From assembly GCF_006345805.1 (NCBI RefSeq), contig NC_043008.1:74896001-74960000 (forward strand): DNA of 64,000 nucleotides, written 5' to 3'. Origin of the DNA: Octopus sinensis. Taxonomy: Eukaryota. Positions 24,261 to 38,030 of this stretch are shown in pieces. The position numbers and the translations under genes were made by a program. Within the stretch, counting starts at the first letter, position 1. Each line of letters opens with the position of its first letter. The notes beneath the pieces are model-generated. The model did not search any database and had not been told where the DNA came from. It was given only the letters and a program-made list of their open reading frames with translations.

Positions 24261-24825
24261 TCTATTGAGGTGAATTCAGTTTCTGCCGTAGTGTGTCAAC
24301 AACAATTATTTGCGGTATCATATGAAAATGTCACTGTTATTTATGAGAAAAAAAGATACCCTGTGGCCATAAACTGAGGGGTCACTCGTAAACAGTGCTG
24401 GATAACAAAACCGTTCCCTCTTAAGTGTCCACCCATAATTATGACCCTAGTATCGATCTATTGCATTTCAATCTGTGTTAGGTTTAGAGTTAGGGTTAAA
24501 GTTAGGGTTAGGGTTAAGGTTAGGGTTAGGGGTGAGGGGAAGGGTACCATTTTTTCTTCAGAAATGTAAATAAACCCAATCTGTTTCTTAAACGAATATA
24601 TGATATGTAATGTGTGTATCTGTGCAACAGAGAGGGAAATTGAAACTGCTTATGTTGTGAACTTAGAATATGTGTTTATAAATAAAAATTTAATAACGAT
24701 AATCTTTTATTCATACGAACATAACTGATATGAAATATGTCATAAATAACAGTGACATTTTCATATGACACTGCAAATAATTGTTGTTGAAACACTACGG
24801 CAGAAATTGGATTCACCTCAATAGA
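24261..24825. mobile_element. Non-autonomous element with ~86-bp inverted repeats and an internal degenerate (TTAGGG)n tract
   Basis: 24261-24346 vs 24740-24825 inverted. TTAGGG-like hexamers at 24478-24531. Confidence 0.7.
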
Positions 24826-27800
24826 GAGTTGTGTGTGTGTGTATATTGAAAGATAGACAGAAGATGAGGAGGAGACAAAGAGGGACACCTTCATATGTCC
24901 TTTGGTGAGAAATAATAGGGAGATTTTAAGTTGTCAGGTGGTGGTTTGGAATTAAGAAATCTAGTGAATAATTTAGAAAAAGAAAAGAAATAAGAATTAA
25001 TTTACTCCATATATTAGTTTAGTAAAGTTTTTGTTTAATGTCTCATTATCAGAAACAGATGACCATCACTATTAACCTTTCTCACACCTTATAATTAGGT
25101 TGTTGTTTGCAAAAGTTTGGTGAACTGAGGTTATGTAGAATAAAATACTCTGCTCAGATACACAAAAGAATATCTGTGATGGGTTTGAACTTAAAAACTT
25201 CATGTACTGCAGTTTTGTGTCCACTCTGACAACATTCTCCTTAACTCAGGATGCACAACCTGCCAGACAGCAGTCAAATGTTTCTCATATTCTGTTGTCT
25301 TAAATAAGAAGGACAGTTTGATCAATGTAGTCCCTGATATAGAAAAATATGGCATGGACATGGCTGGGATGCCTTTTATCATAGGCTTACTCAGTTAGGG
25401 TTGATCTTGCAACCAAGTGCAGGGAACCAGCCAGGTGCATGCAACTAGCCAAGGCAGTTTATTCCTCTCATTTTCAATGCCTTCATTTTGCCTTCTGGCA
25501 TCAGCAGGAAATCAAAGCTGTTTTTTATCCCTAATCATTTAAAGAAGTTTCCTGGTGCTATTACCCCATCTTGTGCTCCATTAATATATTTATTGGAATA
25601 TCTTCCTCTAGATCAAACATTAATTTAGTAGTTTGTAGTTATTATATTAGATCACTGTGAAGTTGGGTGGGGGCAGGTCCCAATTCCAGTATGTTAGATA
25701 CCTTCAGGTTGAATTCATCTTTCTTTTTTCTTTTCTCCTCTTTTTTTCTGTTTCATTTGCTCTCAGCCCTCATAAGTAGAAGGGTTGTACTAATGTGAAA
25801 GAGAGATTCAACCCTGTCAGTTTCTGGGACAGAGACTGCAATGATCTTCCTCATCTTTTCTAGAGCTTGGACAAGTGATGCTATGGGAACTTTAGCCCCA
25901 AAAGACATGCTGTTGTTATTCTGCTGTTGTCTCTTTGTTTCTAATTCTTTGAATCAGAAAACACTCTTGTAGCTCTTGCAAACACAACTGTTACAACTGG
26001 ATGTTCTGCCCTTCTCCACCCCTCTCATAGTTTTTCTTAGTGCTCCCATGATGGTTAAAATTTGTATACCCATAGTAACCTCCATCTGATAATGTTATTT
26101 TTGGTACTTACCTCCTGCATGTACTTCATTATAAAAGTGATAACTAGTGATAACAAAGATGAGTGCCATTACCAATACCTTTTACCATAACCTTGTATTA
26201 TGCTGTTTCATGTATTGTGGCATGAGTTTCTTGGTGGGTGACACTCTAGGTCATCTTGTTTTTAATATTCCACATAGGGTTCCATTGTCTCTTCCTTGAC
26301 TAACAAGGAAGAAATATTATTCCACAAGTTGGCTTGTATTGCCTGCTATTACTCTTCCAATGGCTTGAATAAAGTCACAGTCTCTTCAAATATGAGAGAG
26401 TTACATAAAATACATCCAGCTGTCTCAAAATACCACAACAATAATTATGATAATAGTAGTAGTCTTTTCTGTTTACACCACAAGAGGTGATGTATACTAC
26501 ATGTATTATAACCTGGGGGTGGGAGGTTTACAAAAACATGTGCCAATGGACAAGACAAAGTTATATAAAAACTAGGGCAAGGGTATTATACAATCAATAT
26601 ATTAGAAGTTGATTTGATAAATAAAACATGGAATAAAAGATACATTCACAAAAAACACATAACTGAAGCAAAATTATAATTTTACCTTTTGTTTTTTTTT
26701 TTATTTTTTGTTTCTGTTAGTAATTCTATCAGTTATTCAGTTTGTGAAGAATTATGAACTTTGATTCAACACGAGGGGGGAGGGGGGGCTTCTTGGGACT
26801 TCTTCGCATTGATTTTTGATTCCATTCTCTTGAGATATATTGTCTTTTGGGGGTAGGGGTGTTTTATTTTCCTTGTCCTTCCCATTTACCAGTCTGCCAG
26901 CCTTGTTCGCTTTCTATTTACTCTTCTTTATCACAAGACAATGAGTTGATAGGGCTTATTATAGTTGATATTGGGTCCTCAGTGTTCTGCTCATCTCTTG
27001 GAACTAAAGATGTGGCAATCTCCTTTGATGCTTCCAGAACTGTACCAGTTGTTCTCCTTGGTACAGCAACCTCCTTAACCTGCTCTTTTTTTTTTTAAAC
27101 TTTTCCTGCTTTTAAATGATCTTTACTTCTGCGTGTGTAGCAGCTGGGTTATCTACCCACTGAATGACCAGCAATAAAGCTTTTTTTACAGCTACTACTA
27201 CTAGGTACAACTCTGGAATTGTTTAGTAATTTGTGGGGTCATTAGCTCTTCTATATAAGCATCATATCACCAAAATTCCTGTCAGTACTGATCATCCACC
27301 TATATATGTTCTATGAAGGTGACAGTAAGTCAGTGGTCAATAACTTTGCAAATATCCTTTACTATTAATTATGTGTTATAGTCCCTTGGAAAATGATTTT
27401 CTGGATAGATGTATAATGCACAAGCTTCATCTGTTTGGTGTCTGTCTTGAATATTACACATATGATCTCATTGTTTCTTGTTTGATAATGATAGATATCA
27501 AAACCCCAACCCATCACCTAAGCTTGCCTGCAATTGCTCTTTCTAGGGCATATGAAAAGATCCTGTGTTTTGCAAAATGCACATATATAATTAATGCACT
27601 TCCTCTTGTTATATATCTCTGTGCTGCTAACTTTTTCTCATGCAGATAATTGATATTTAGGGCTATCTGTTTAAAGTAGCTTCAATGAAGCTGGAAATGC
27701 ATGCCTTGTTTTCTCATTGCTACCTTTTCAATCATTTTGTTGCCTTTTCTATTCAGTCATTTTGTTGCTTTGTATATGTGTGTGTATGTTTGTTGTGTAC

Positions 27801-28242
27801 ATGTATGTGCATGTGTGTGTGTTTCAGTGTGTCTTGTTACGTCAGTTTATTTTGTGCTTTCAGCTTTTAAAATCTGTCTGACTTGGTAATCTTTTTGTTT
27901 GTTTTATCATCATTTTCCGTTTTCTTTTAAAATTTGTATTCTTTAGTTTAAAGATTAACTAGCTGTTTTCTTTCAAAGGAACATGTTGAGTGCTACTCCC
28001 TTTCTTGCTATTATCTCTTATTGCTCTTCTGGTAGAGGAAGTCATATTGAAAATCATCGTAAACATGATAAACTTCCAAAAAAAAAGAAAAATAATGTTT
28101 AAAGCCGACCTTCTGTCCCCACCAGCTACTGAGGTAAACTTGTTAATGTTACCAAGATCCAAATAGGAATAATTTTCATCTAGAAAAACCTGTTAATAAT
28201 AAAATTTTCATAGTTTTATTAAACCAATGTTCATAAAAAAAA

Positions 28243-28900
28243 ATGGTTTCAAATTTTGGCACAAGGCTAGCAATTTTAAGGAAAGGGTTAAGTTGATTAC
28301 ATTGACTTTAGTACTTGACTGGTATGTATTTTATTATCCTTGAAAGATGACTGGCAAAGTTGACCTCTGTGTTATCTGAACTCAGTAGTTAAAGAGTAGA
28401 TAGAAATGTCATTAAGCATTTTCCCTGACATGCTAACAATTCTACCAGCTTGCTGCCTTTAATAAGTCTTTAGATGATAGACATGGAACCTGATATTTGT
28501 GGGTAGAGGGATTGTCAATTACATTATCCCCAGTGCTCAACTGTTACTTATTTTATTGACTTTGAAAGGTTGAAAGGCAAAGTCAACCTTGAACTCAGAA
28601 CATAAAGCCAGAAGAAATGCCACTAAGCATTTTTCCCAGCATGCTAACAATTCTGCCAGCTTTCCACCTTGTATATAATAATAATGATGATGATGATGAT
28701 TTCAAATTTTGGTACAAGTTCACGGGAGGGAGTAAGTCGATTACATCAACCTCTGTGCTTAACTGGTACTTTATCATTTATCATCCCTGAAAGGATGAAA
28801 GCTAAGCAAACCTAGGTGGAATTTGAACTCAGAGTGTGAAGACGGATGAAATGCTGCAAAGCATTTTGCCTGACATGCTAACAATTCTGCTGTCTCATCA
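28243..28900 (-). mobile_element. Three tandem SINE family C copies
   Basis: Three reverse-complement units, each containing GCATTTT.CC..CATGCTAACAATTCT. Confidence 0.82.
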
Positions 28901-29039
28901 CCTAATAATAATGATGATAATTATAATAATTATAAATAAATTGTGATTTGCTCAAATAATATTTTTGTAGTTTGTAAATTCCTGAGATTATTGGAAAATT
29001 TCTTCTGAATCAGTTTAAAATAATTGTGTAAAACTCGGA

Positions 29040-29700
29040 TCTGTAGAGGCAGAATTTATAATGCTACTGTCATATGTAGAGGTAAAATATATGATAGAAA
29101 TATCATCTGTAGAGATAGTGTATATAGTACAGCTGTTATCTGTAAAGATGGAATGTATGATATTACGTCTGTGGAGATGGAACATGTAATGTGTCATCTA
29201 TTGAGATGGAATATATGTAATATATGTTATCTTTAGAAATGGAATATATGGTATAGATATCATCTGTAGAGGTGGAAAATATAATGCAATTGTTGTCTTA
29301 GAGGTAGAGTGTACTAATGTTTAACTTTGCTATTTGTTTATTCACCTCACAACAACAAAAACAAAATCAATTTTGGCAGAGTTTGAATTTAGACTTTAAC
29401 AGTTTGAAAATAACTTTAAATGTGTATTGTTTTCAACATCATTTTTATCATTTCTATTAACACTACCACTATGACCACCCCTGTCATTGCTTTTCATGGT
29501 AGTATAGTTGGTGGGATGTGTCTATGATAGCACCAATAACTGAAATATTGAACTATCTATTGTGGCATATAGCACTAGTAATACAGGTATTGAACTATCT
29601 ATTGAAGAGTGTGTATAACACCAATAGTAGAGGTATGGGACTATCTATTGAAGAGTATTGGCACAATAGTTTAGGTACTGGACTACTTGTGGAATATGGT
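29040..29700. repeat. Degenerate minisatellites (CATCTGTAGAGATGGAATATATG-type and GTATTGAACTATCTATTG-type)
   Basis: Recurring ~35-40-bp units at 29040-29310 and 29520-29700. Confidence 0.6.
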
Positions 29701-30370
29701 TGTTTCTTCTAGTTCATGAATGTTATTTCTTCCCACCTTGGCCCCACCTGTTTGATGAAGTTGAATGGAATATAAGACAAAAATCAGATATGACAGAAAT
29801 TAAAATTATAATGTTGATCATTCTCTCTACTGTATTAATTAATATAATAATTACTGTGATTATTGCCCCTTTCATCTCCTCTCCACCTTCCCACCAAACA
29901 TTTAGGTCGATAAACAATAAAAGTCATCTCTAGCAGAATTTGAGCTTGGAATGTTCTCTTCCAAAACTAAATGCTGTCTATTCTATGCTTTAATTTGGCC
30001 AGCTGCCATTTCCACTGCTTCACTGCTCCTCATCAGCTTTAAATATTGGGAAGAAAATTAATTGATTAGAAAACATCAGTAAGCACTTTTATAATATCAA
30101 TTAGTTAGTTGATATATTGAACCATAACTGTGTAAATGTCTGAGTCACAGCAACCATTATTTCACTTGTATACTGGAATTTTGCTTGTGTCCCTGCCATC
30201 AGCCTTTTCACTGGGTAATTTATATTCTTGTCAGATTAAAAAGCCACTGTTCCCAATACATGTTCCTGGAGGTCAAGATTTACTATTGCTTTCCTAACTT
30301 GCACAATAATTACACTATTTTAGCATAAAAACCTTTCAGCCATATAGATTTCTTCCTCTCATCCACTCTG

Positions 30371-30405
<35 letters not shown>

Positions 30406-31170
30406 CAATCACACATATCCACTCATTCCTTTACTCTTTCTTTCTCAATTGTCTTTGCACGAAGGTTTGTTTTACAGTAGGGTTGGTGGTGAGTGGGGGA
30501 AGGTTTACAGATATTTGATGGTTAAATCAATTCTATGCCACCATCAGGAGTATATGCTTCCATTAGCTTTCTGGGTAATGTTTATACCAGTAGCAGGGAC
30601 TTTTTACCAAATAGAATATCATTAGTTATTTATGTCGCTGTGAACAATAAATGGCAATGCTATCAAGAAAATACAGGCCAAGTTTATAAAGCTTCTGGAG
30701 ACTTTCTAAGCTAAAAGCCAGTCAAAAATAAAGAACAACCTAGAAGCTGATCTTTAATCCAGGCTTGTATATACATGCAATACACTGAACTAGAGTATTG
30801 ATCTTAGCAGTTATAATATTCCTGTACATGACTTTCTCCTAACACAGCTTTATACATTGATTCTCCTAACACAAGGCCATTTTCTGCGACATTTACTTGC
30901 AGTTTTTATTATGTTTTAGCTCTATTTATTTAATTTATCTATTTTATTTACCTGTTTTTATTTTTAAAAAAGTATAAAAGAACCCAACAAAACGTTGTAA
31001 TCTTTGTTTTGTTGAATTGATGTTATCTGTGTATATAGGTGGCACTAATGTTGTTGTGTCTTGTTGCTAACGTCTCTAACATGTTCTGTTGACCAATGTT
31101 TATAGACAACTGTTCTAATCTATTGCCTTTAAGTCAATAAAGTAGAGTACATCTGCATACATATATACAC

Positions 31171-31205
<35 letters not shown>

Positions 31206-31942
31206 TTTGTGTGTAGGTGTGTGTTTACATACATGTGTTTACACACAAATGTGTGTGTGTAGACACACTCATAGACACACTTTATTATTATAGGTACATG
31301 ATATCATTAATGGGTACAGGTTACTCATGTTGATTGGTTGGAAAGTATTTTAAGCAATAAGGAGACTACTTTCTAAATGTTAATTGATAAATGGATGTCT
31401 GTATATATTATATTGCTCTTGTTGTTTTTCCTGCAACAACTTGCTTAAGTTATGGGAGTTATTAAAACATATCACAGTTTGCACAGTGACACAACTCCAC
31501 CTGGATAGGTTGTTAGTTGTCATCTAGTTTTCCCCATTTCTGCTTCAATAAAACTTGTGTAGCTGTATCTAAAGGCAGAATTCATTGATCTGTATGTAAC
31601 TCTGATCAATTTGCCTTAATGTAATTGTTTAAATCCTTTCTATCATTGAACCAGCAGACCTATAGTTTGGAATATTTCAGATGTGGCCATCTAATCTCTT
31701 ACCGAAAACTACATTATCTGATACAATGTTTCTGAAACTTTTTGTCCCATGCTCCTTTTTGATTTCTTCCTCATCACAAAAAAAAAAAAAAATATGTGCA
31801 CCCCCCGACCATGAATGGACAAAGTTAATACATAGCATAAATATATATATATATATACACATGTATATAATGTGTGTGTGTATGTATATATATATTTATA
31901 AAAAGTAAAAAGTAAGAGTAAGTATGGTTAGACAGCTTTTTA

Positions 31943-32064
31943 ATCACTACAAAAGTTTCGATACATACAGATCCTCATACATACAGGATTTAAAGTTAAG
32001 TTTAAATTATATTATGTAACGATTTACGTGTATAAGAAGATCTTTGTGTATCTCCTCAGGTGAT
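31943..32064 (-). ncRNA. Type I hammerhead ribozyme with intact core and long stem II
   Basis: Minus strand: ATCAC-CTGAGGA-GATACACAAAGATC...GATCTGTATGTATC-GAAA-C-TTTT-G-T-A-GTGAT. Stem I 5 bp, stem II 12/14 paired, GUA cleavage triplet. Confidence 0.75.
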
Positions 32065-34149
32065 ATTCAGTTGCTGTCTCCGTAAGTAAATCTAGATTTC
32101 CATGCTACAACATCCATGGCTTCTTCTTTGAAAGTAACAAATGCTGATGGTTTCAATTTGCTTGGTTATCACGTGCGACGTGAGCTGCAATGTGCACATT
32201 GTCTGTTTATTTATTCAGTTTCAACATGTTATTCTACACATGCCAAACTGTACCATTATGCAAAATACATTCATCCATTAGCTCATACTTATACAATTAC
32301 TTACTGATATACCATACATCACTGAGTGTTTCAATACATACACACATTCACACACATATGCTTACATGCAGATTTGTACACACATATATGCACATATATT
32401 AAAAATATATGTACGTATATTCAGATGCACACATGCATACATATACTCACCTACATATCAATAAACACATTCACATTTATACCTAGATGCTTATTCATTT
32501 ATCTACACATTTTCATGTACATAGTTATATCGTTGAACGCTCCATCATAAATACACACTCCTATACATATGCGAAAGCAGTAAAAATGGGTTTAGCTAGA
32601 TAGAATAATAATAATTATAATCTATACACTGTTCCATCTGGAAAATGCATATTTGGCACGGTGGTTACATCTTGGAATTTTCCCATCATATTTATTCACT
32701 AGATTTTCATTACTCAGTAGAATACTCAGTTCTTCCTCAAGGCAAAGGTCACATTTGCTGGATAGTGAAGTACATGGATGTGCATTTTATATTTTTGACC
32801 ATTCTATTTGGTATTTAATTTTTGATTCTTTCAGTCTCCATATTTTATATATATATATATATAATATGTGTATATGTATATATATATGTGTGTGTTAGTG
32901 TGTGTGTATGTATATATGTGTGTACATGTATGTGTGTTTGTATATATATATGTGTGTGTTTGTGTGTGAGTGTGTGTTTAGAATATGAGGGGTTTAGGTA
33001 GGCTGTGTAAGTTCTATACTTGATCATCCATTAGGTTCCAAGCTCACAGCTGAGGCTGGAGCTAGGGATATGTAATAGGTATAGTTTAAAGGAAAGGAAA
33101 ACAAAACCAAGGCAAGATGAGTATCTCAAGACATTTAGAATATTTAGTTAGAGTAAGGTGAAACAAAAATGGAGAAGTAGAAGTAATTAATGTCTTACAG
33201 TTGTTTTGGGGATATTGTAGGTGATGGTGCCAACATCTCCATACACTGGGTATTCCGTAATCAGAGACAAGGTGTGTATGCAGGAAAGTTCCAGATGGAA
33301 AATTCACAGTATATTAAAGAATAAGACAGTAGATAGAAGAATAAAGACAGAAGAATAAAGTTCACAGTTCATCTTGTTCCGGAGGGTATGGAGGCTAGTC
33401 CATACTTCTGTGAATGTATAGCCCCTTAAGTATAATCCCAGGTAAATCCAGGCAGTATTTTGAATGTTGCATTCTGATTGAAGGAAATAGATCAAGTGGT
33501 TAGCTGTGGGAGGGACAGATGTAATGATAGACAGATGGATCAGAGAGAAAGGCGGGGTTGTGAGTGAGTGAAGAGAAGAAAAAGAGAAGAAAAAGAAAGA
33601 GGACAAATAATGGAAATAAAAGAATAAGAGTGAAAGCAACTTAAAAATAAAGATAAAAAGGTAAAAGGCTAGTATTATTCTTCATCAGGGTAGGTTCAGG
33701 GTGAGAGGTTAAGGTTGTGGTAATGTGGAGAAGGAATGCATTTATGGCTATTAAAGGATAATTAATTAAATAGATGAATTTTAGGTTCAGTGTGGTCAGA
33801 AGGAATATTTAACCTTAGTTTAGAGAGTTAAAATGCTAGAAATAGATGACTAACTGAAGAAGGGAATATATTTAAAATTTAAAGTTAAAAATTAAAATTA
33901 ACAATTAAAAAGTAACTATTGAAAATATTAATGCAGCTAGTGAACTTCAAAGATACTTATGTTGATGTAGTAAGTATTAATAGATGAAGGAAAAATGTAC
34001 ATATATTGTTATGGCTGTGAATGTAAATATTATGCATATTGCTTTTGCTTGTTGTTTGGACTTGTGGAAGAACCTAAAGATACAATAGAACTTATGATTG
34101 CATGAAAAGAATGCTTCATGCTGTCTATTAAGTAATTGTGGTGAATTGT

Positions 34150-35330
34150 GAATTAATATTTGAAGGGCTTCTTTAAGGCAGAGTTAACATGTAGATTGCT
34201 AGCTTTGATAGGGGACACCAAAATCTATTAAGGACCAGGTTAACCTATATGGCATTTTCTTACTTCTCAGATGGTGCATGTGGTTGGCTAGGGATGTGGA
34301 TTTGTTATGCTCTTCATATCTAAATGAGTTCAGATATGCAGAATATCTCTGCTTGAAGTTAAATGTAGATCTGTTGTAGTGGCTTGTAGAATTGTGATGT
34401 GTGTTGCAGACAGTGCATTTATACACAATGCTAAATCTTCTGCAATGGGCTTGCAGCAGGCATTAATCATCAGATTGGTAGTTGTGGCTGGATCTAACTG
34501 TCCTACTTGGGTTAGCTGTGGATAGGAATCATGCTGTATTTTTTATGGACAAGTTAAAGTCTAGGGTAGTATTTGGGTGTTGGTTCATATTACCATTATT
34601 ATCAGTATTATTATTGTTGCTCGAATTATTATTATCATTATTTTTATTCTTATTACTGCTAATATTACCATTGCCACTGTTATTATTATTATTATTCTTT
34701 TGTAACATGGTGTAGGTAAAAATGCACCGGAGCCTTTAGTCATCTGTCAAGCCACAACAGATAATACTTTCCTTAAGATGTGCGCTGTGCCCAAGTTGCA
34801 ATGCTCCAATCACCACTTTTCCTTGCCCTTCATTTCATCTGCATTTACACCCATATCTTTTGTGGCATATTGCAGCAAGTTTTTATCATTATTTATCAAA
34901 TACTGGACAAACATTCTCCTTTCAATCCTTATACAACAGTCTGTACTAATTAGTCCTCTGCCGCCATTCTTTCTTTCCATATACAGTCTGTTTACTTTTG
35001 CTTTAGAGTATAGCACCCCATATAGTGTCATCAACTTTCTTGTCCTTCTATCTGGAAAACCCTGGTCCTCAGCATTGTTTATCAGTTTGTATCTCATTTG
35101 AGTGTTATACTGGTGAGTGCACGGTGGGCAAGAACATCATAGTCAAGGTTCTTTTAGGTTTCTTGCAAGAGTTTTAGTGCATCTGTCTAAAGTGGGAGGG
35201 GTTGTACATCCAGTGGTGTGGCATGGCCCCCAAGATTGAGTTGAGCGATGTGTTTTTTAAGCCTAGTGTTTGTTATGAATTCAATTTTCTGGGAGAAACT
35301 GCTAGCCGCTAGCACCTGGTTATAGTATGC
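34150..35330 (-). pseudogene. Penelope-like element ORF remnant (linker and GIY-YIG endonuclease), interrupted by a Dong/R4 fragment
   Basis: [17 protein letters not shown] near 35270-35325. CLLQAHC..SIVYKCTV...FKQRY...SFRY...STSLANHM..L...WSLI...YQS..C*LCLKE at 34150-34465. Confidence 0.75.
34700..35065 (-). mobile_element. Dong/R4-clade non-LTR retrotransposon 3' fragment with internal deletion
   Basis: DRRTRKLMTLYGVLYSKAKVNRLYMERKNGGRGLIS, then C-terminal LGTAHILRKVL (34760-34795). Its 3' end abuts the (TTA)n tract at 34588-34697. Confidence 0.75.
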
Positions 35331-35368
35331 GATTTATATTATGTGTTTCTATGTGTATATTTAAGTAC

Positions 35369-35401
<33 letters not shown>

Positions 35402-35458
35402 TATATATGTATATATATATGTATACATATATATACACATATACACACACACACACAC

Positions 35459-35522
<64 letters not shown>

Positions 35523-36699
35523 CCGTTCTGTCTGTCTGTCTGTGTGATTATAACACGAGTATTGTTCATCCGAGCATGCTGACATTTTAAACATGGATAC
35601 ATGAGAGAGCTAGGTATTCCGTAATTTAAAATGAGTTTCAAAATTGTTAGTTTCAATGTGAGAATCACTATTTTTGTAATCTTTATGTCCTGTTTGTTCC
35701 GCCTTCAAAAGCAACCAGTTGCTTAGGCAGCCAGCTCATGTCATTTCGCTAGCAACAAGAAAAGTACAGGATGACAGTCAGCCAAAACCGTCGCTATGCT
35801 GTCTCTCTTCTTTCCTCTCTCTGTGGGGTTAATAATCTTAATCTTTAGTTACAGTTTCTCATTCAAACTACATAATAGACAGCATTGTCGGATTAAGACA
35901 GTAGGTATTTTGAGGGAGATTTGGCTACTATTTCTACCAGGTCTAGCTACCATGTACATGTCTGCCTCAGCTTTGATATTATATATTCCTTACGCTTTCC
36001 AAAACCAAGTTACAGATTTTGATGTATGGGGTATCAAAAGATTCAGTACTATTTTGGCTATAAATTAAACTTAATTTTCATTCACATATTTGCATTTCAA
36101 AAGTTTAACATAATCTTTTCCATAAATCAACTATCGTAAAAATTTTATATCATTACCTCACATTTTCTATGTGTGTACCTTAAAAGACATCAATCATCAC
36201 AACACACACCTTCACTCACTCACTCACTCTATCTCTCTTTCTGACATTCTTTCTCTCTCACAAACACACGTGCAAGCACACTTGCATGCACACGCACACA
36301 CGTCCATTTTATATAGACGTACATACATCTTTCTCTTTCTGTCTCTGTTCTTTTCGCTTATCTTCTTTCAATTTCTGCTCTCTTGATATAAAATTTTTAT
36401 GGATACAACTGCTTATAAAATTAGGGATTAATGTATAATTTCTTTCTATGTTCATAATTTTTTGTTTACAATATTGGGAAAAATATGCCTTCAAAGAAAA
36501 GACATAATCTCTCCAGAAACAAGTATAAAACAAGGAGGATTGTAGAAAACCAAAGGCGAGAGTCTGAAGAGAGAAACTTGCTGAGATTTTCTCAACATCA
36601 GCAAATGCATGTTGCAGCACTTAATGCTGGATCTTTAAATCAATGTTTTAATGATTAGACAGAGGTCTAATAGAATAGCTCTCAGAAACAGACTATGTA

Positions 36700-36965
36700 C
36701 AAATTTGTTCTTCACAACTCCTGAAGCTGTTTTCAGATATGATCCATCTCATTCTTATAAAAATAATAACTCTGTCCAAATTGGTGTGCTAAACACAAAT
36801 TGTCTTTTCTGTAGAGCTTTAAAATTTTCAAATGAAACAAATGGTGTGTGCTTCTCAGGCGGTCAGGTAACATTGCCAGCACTACCAGCTCCTTCTCAAC
36901 CTCTTATGGATCTTTAAGAAAGCATTTCCATCCAGTCAAAGGATTTTCTGAACAATATCAGAATA
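36700..36965 (+). pseudogene. Helitron Rep/helicase N-terminal zinc-finger region remnant
   Basis: AVFRYDP...IGVLNTNCLFCRALKFSNETNGVCFSGGQVTLPALPAPSQPLMDL...SKDFLNNIR resembles the Helitron C..C.ALKF..E..G.CC..GKV.LP motif. Confidence 0.75.
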
Positions 36966-37229
36966 AATGTAAATAAAGATTCTATATGTGTTATAGAAAC
37001 TGTTTCCAGGCTTTCTTTTGTTTCCAAACAAAAACAAAACAAAACAAACTTTTTGTTAATTAGCTATAGCTAATTAACCTGTTTAAAACAAAAATGTTGA
37101 TATACTAAAGAAGGTGGAACCAAAGCATAAAGGTGTCCATTATTAAAAATTATTAAAAAAATTAATAAGAGAAGATAAAAAAATCCAATACATTCATAAC
37201 TGAATCAATTTTTGTTCTCTACTGCAAAA

Positions 37230-37690
37230 ATAATGAGTTGATAGATCAGGCTTATCATATTAGTATGGATAATAAGCTCTTTTATTGGAGATAAATCTGG
37301 CTAGTCATATTAGTATGAATTAAAGACTGATGACAGGTGTAGCTGTTCATATGACTGTGGATTAAAGACTTATGATAACTGATAGATCTGCTTATTTTTA
37401 TTAATATGAATTGGAAACTATTTATAGATCTAGTTATTCATATTAATAGGAATGAAAGATTATTGATAATTGATACATCTGGCTAGTCATACTAACATGC
37501 ATTAAAGACTAATGTTAGATCTAACTATTGATATGAATGTGGAATAAAGACTTATGATAGTTGATAGATCTAGAGTTATTTACATTATAGATTAAAGACT
37601 GTTGATAGATCTAGATATTCATATAAATATGGATTAAAGACTGTTGATATCGCTTGTTGTTCATATTAGTATGGATTAAAGACTGTTATC
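37230..37690. repeat. Degenerate minisatellite (GATAGATCTAG..ATTCATATTAGTATGGATTAAAGACT, ~45-55 bp)
   Basis: About 9 recognisable units. Confidence 0.7.
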
Positions 37691-37714
37691 TTTATATTTT
37701 ATTGCTTGCTTTTT

Positions 37715-38030
37715 CCATTTGTTAGACTGTGGCCATACTGGAGCACCATTTTGAAGAAATTTAGTTGAACGAATCAACCCCAGGACTTAAGTTTTTGTTT
37801 TCAAACCTAGTATTTATTCTATTAGTCTCTAGCTGAACTGCTAGGCTATAGTGACATAAACAAACTAATGCTAGTTGTCAAGCAGTGGTGGGAAACAGAA
37901 ACATACACACATGCATGCACACACACACACACACGATGGTCTCTTTTCAATTTCCATCCGCCAAACCCACTCATGATATATTAGTCACTCCAAGGCTATA
38001 GTAGAGCTTCTTACCAAACAGTTGCACCTA
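37715..38030 (-). mobile_element. Decayed SINE family A
   Basis: GACTGTGGCCATACTGGAGCACC...GTTGTCAAGC...AAACCCACTCA. Confidence 0.7.

Noticed and set aside
24478-24531. True telomere or chromosome-fusion site
   Set aside because: Short, degenerate, in one orientation only, and inside an inverted-repeat element.
25400-28200. Possible ancient LINE ORF1-like or host exon remnants on the minus strand
   Set aside because: No recognisable motif survives and the ORFs are short and uninformative.
33660-33690. CTGATGAAG on the minus strand downstream of the GIY-YIG remnant
   Set aside because: No GAAA or stem II partner remains, so it is not called as a ribozyme.
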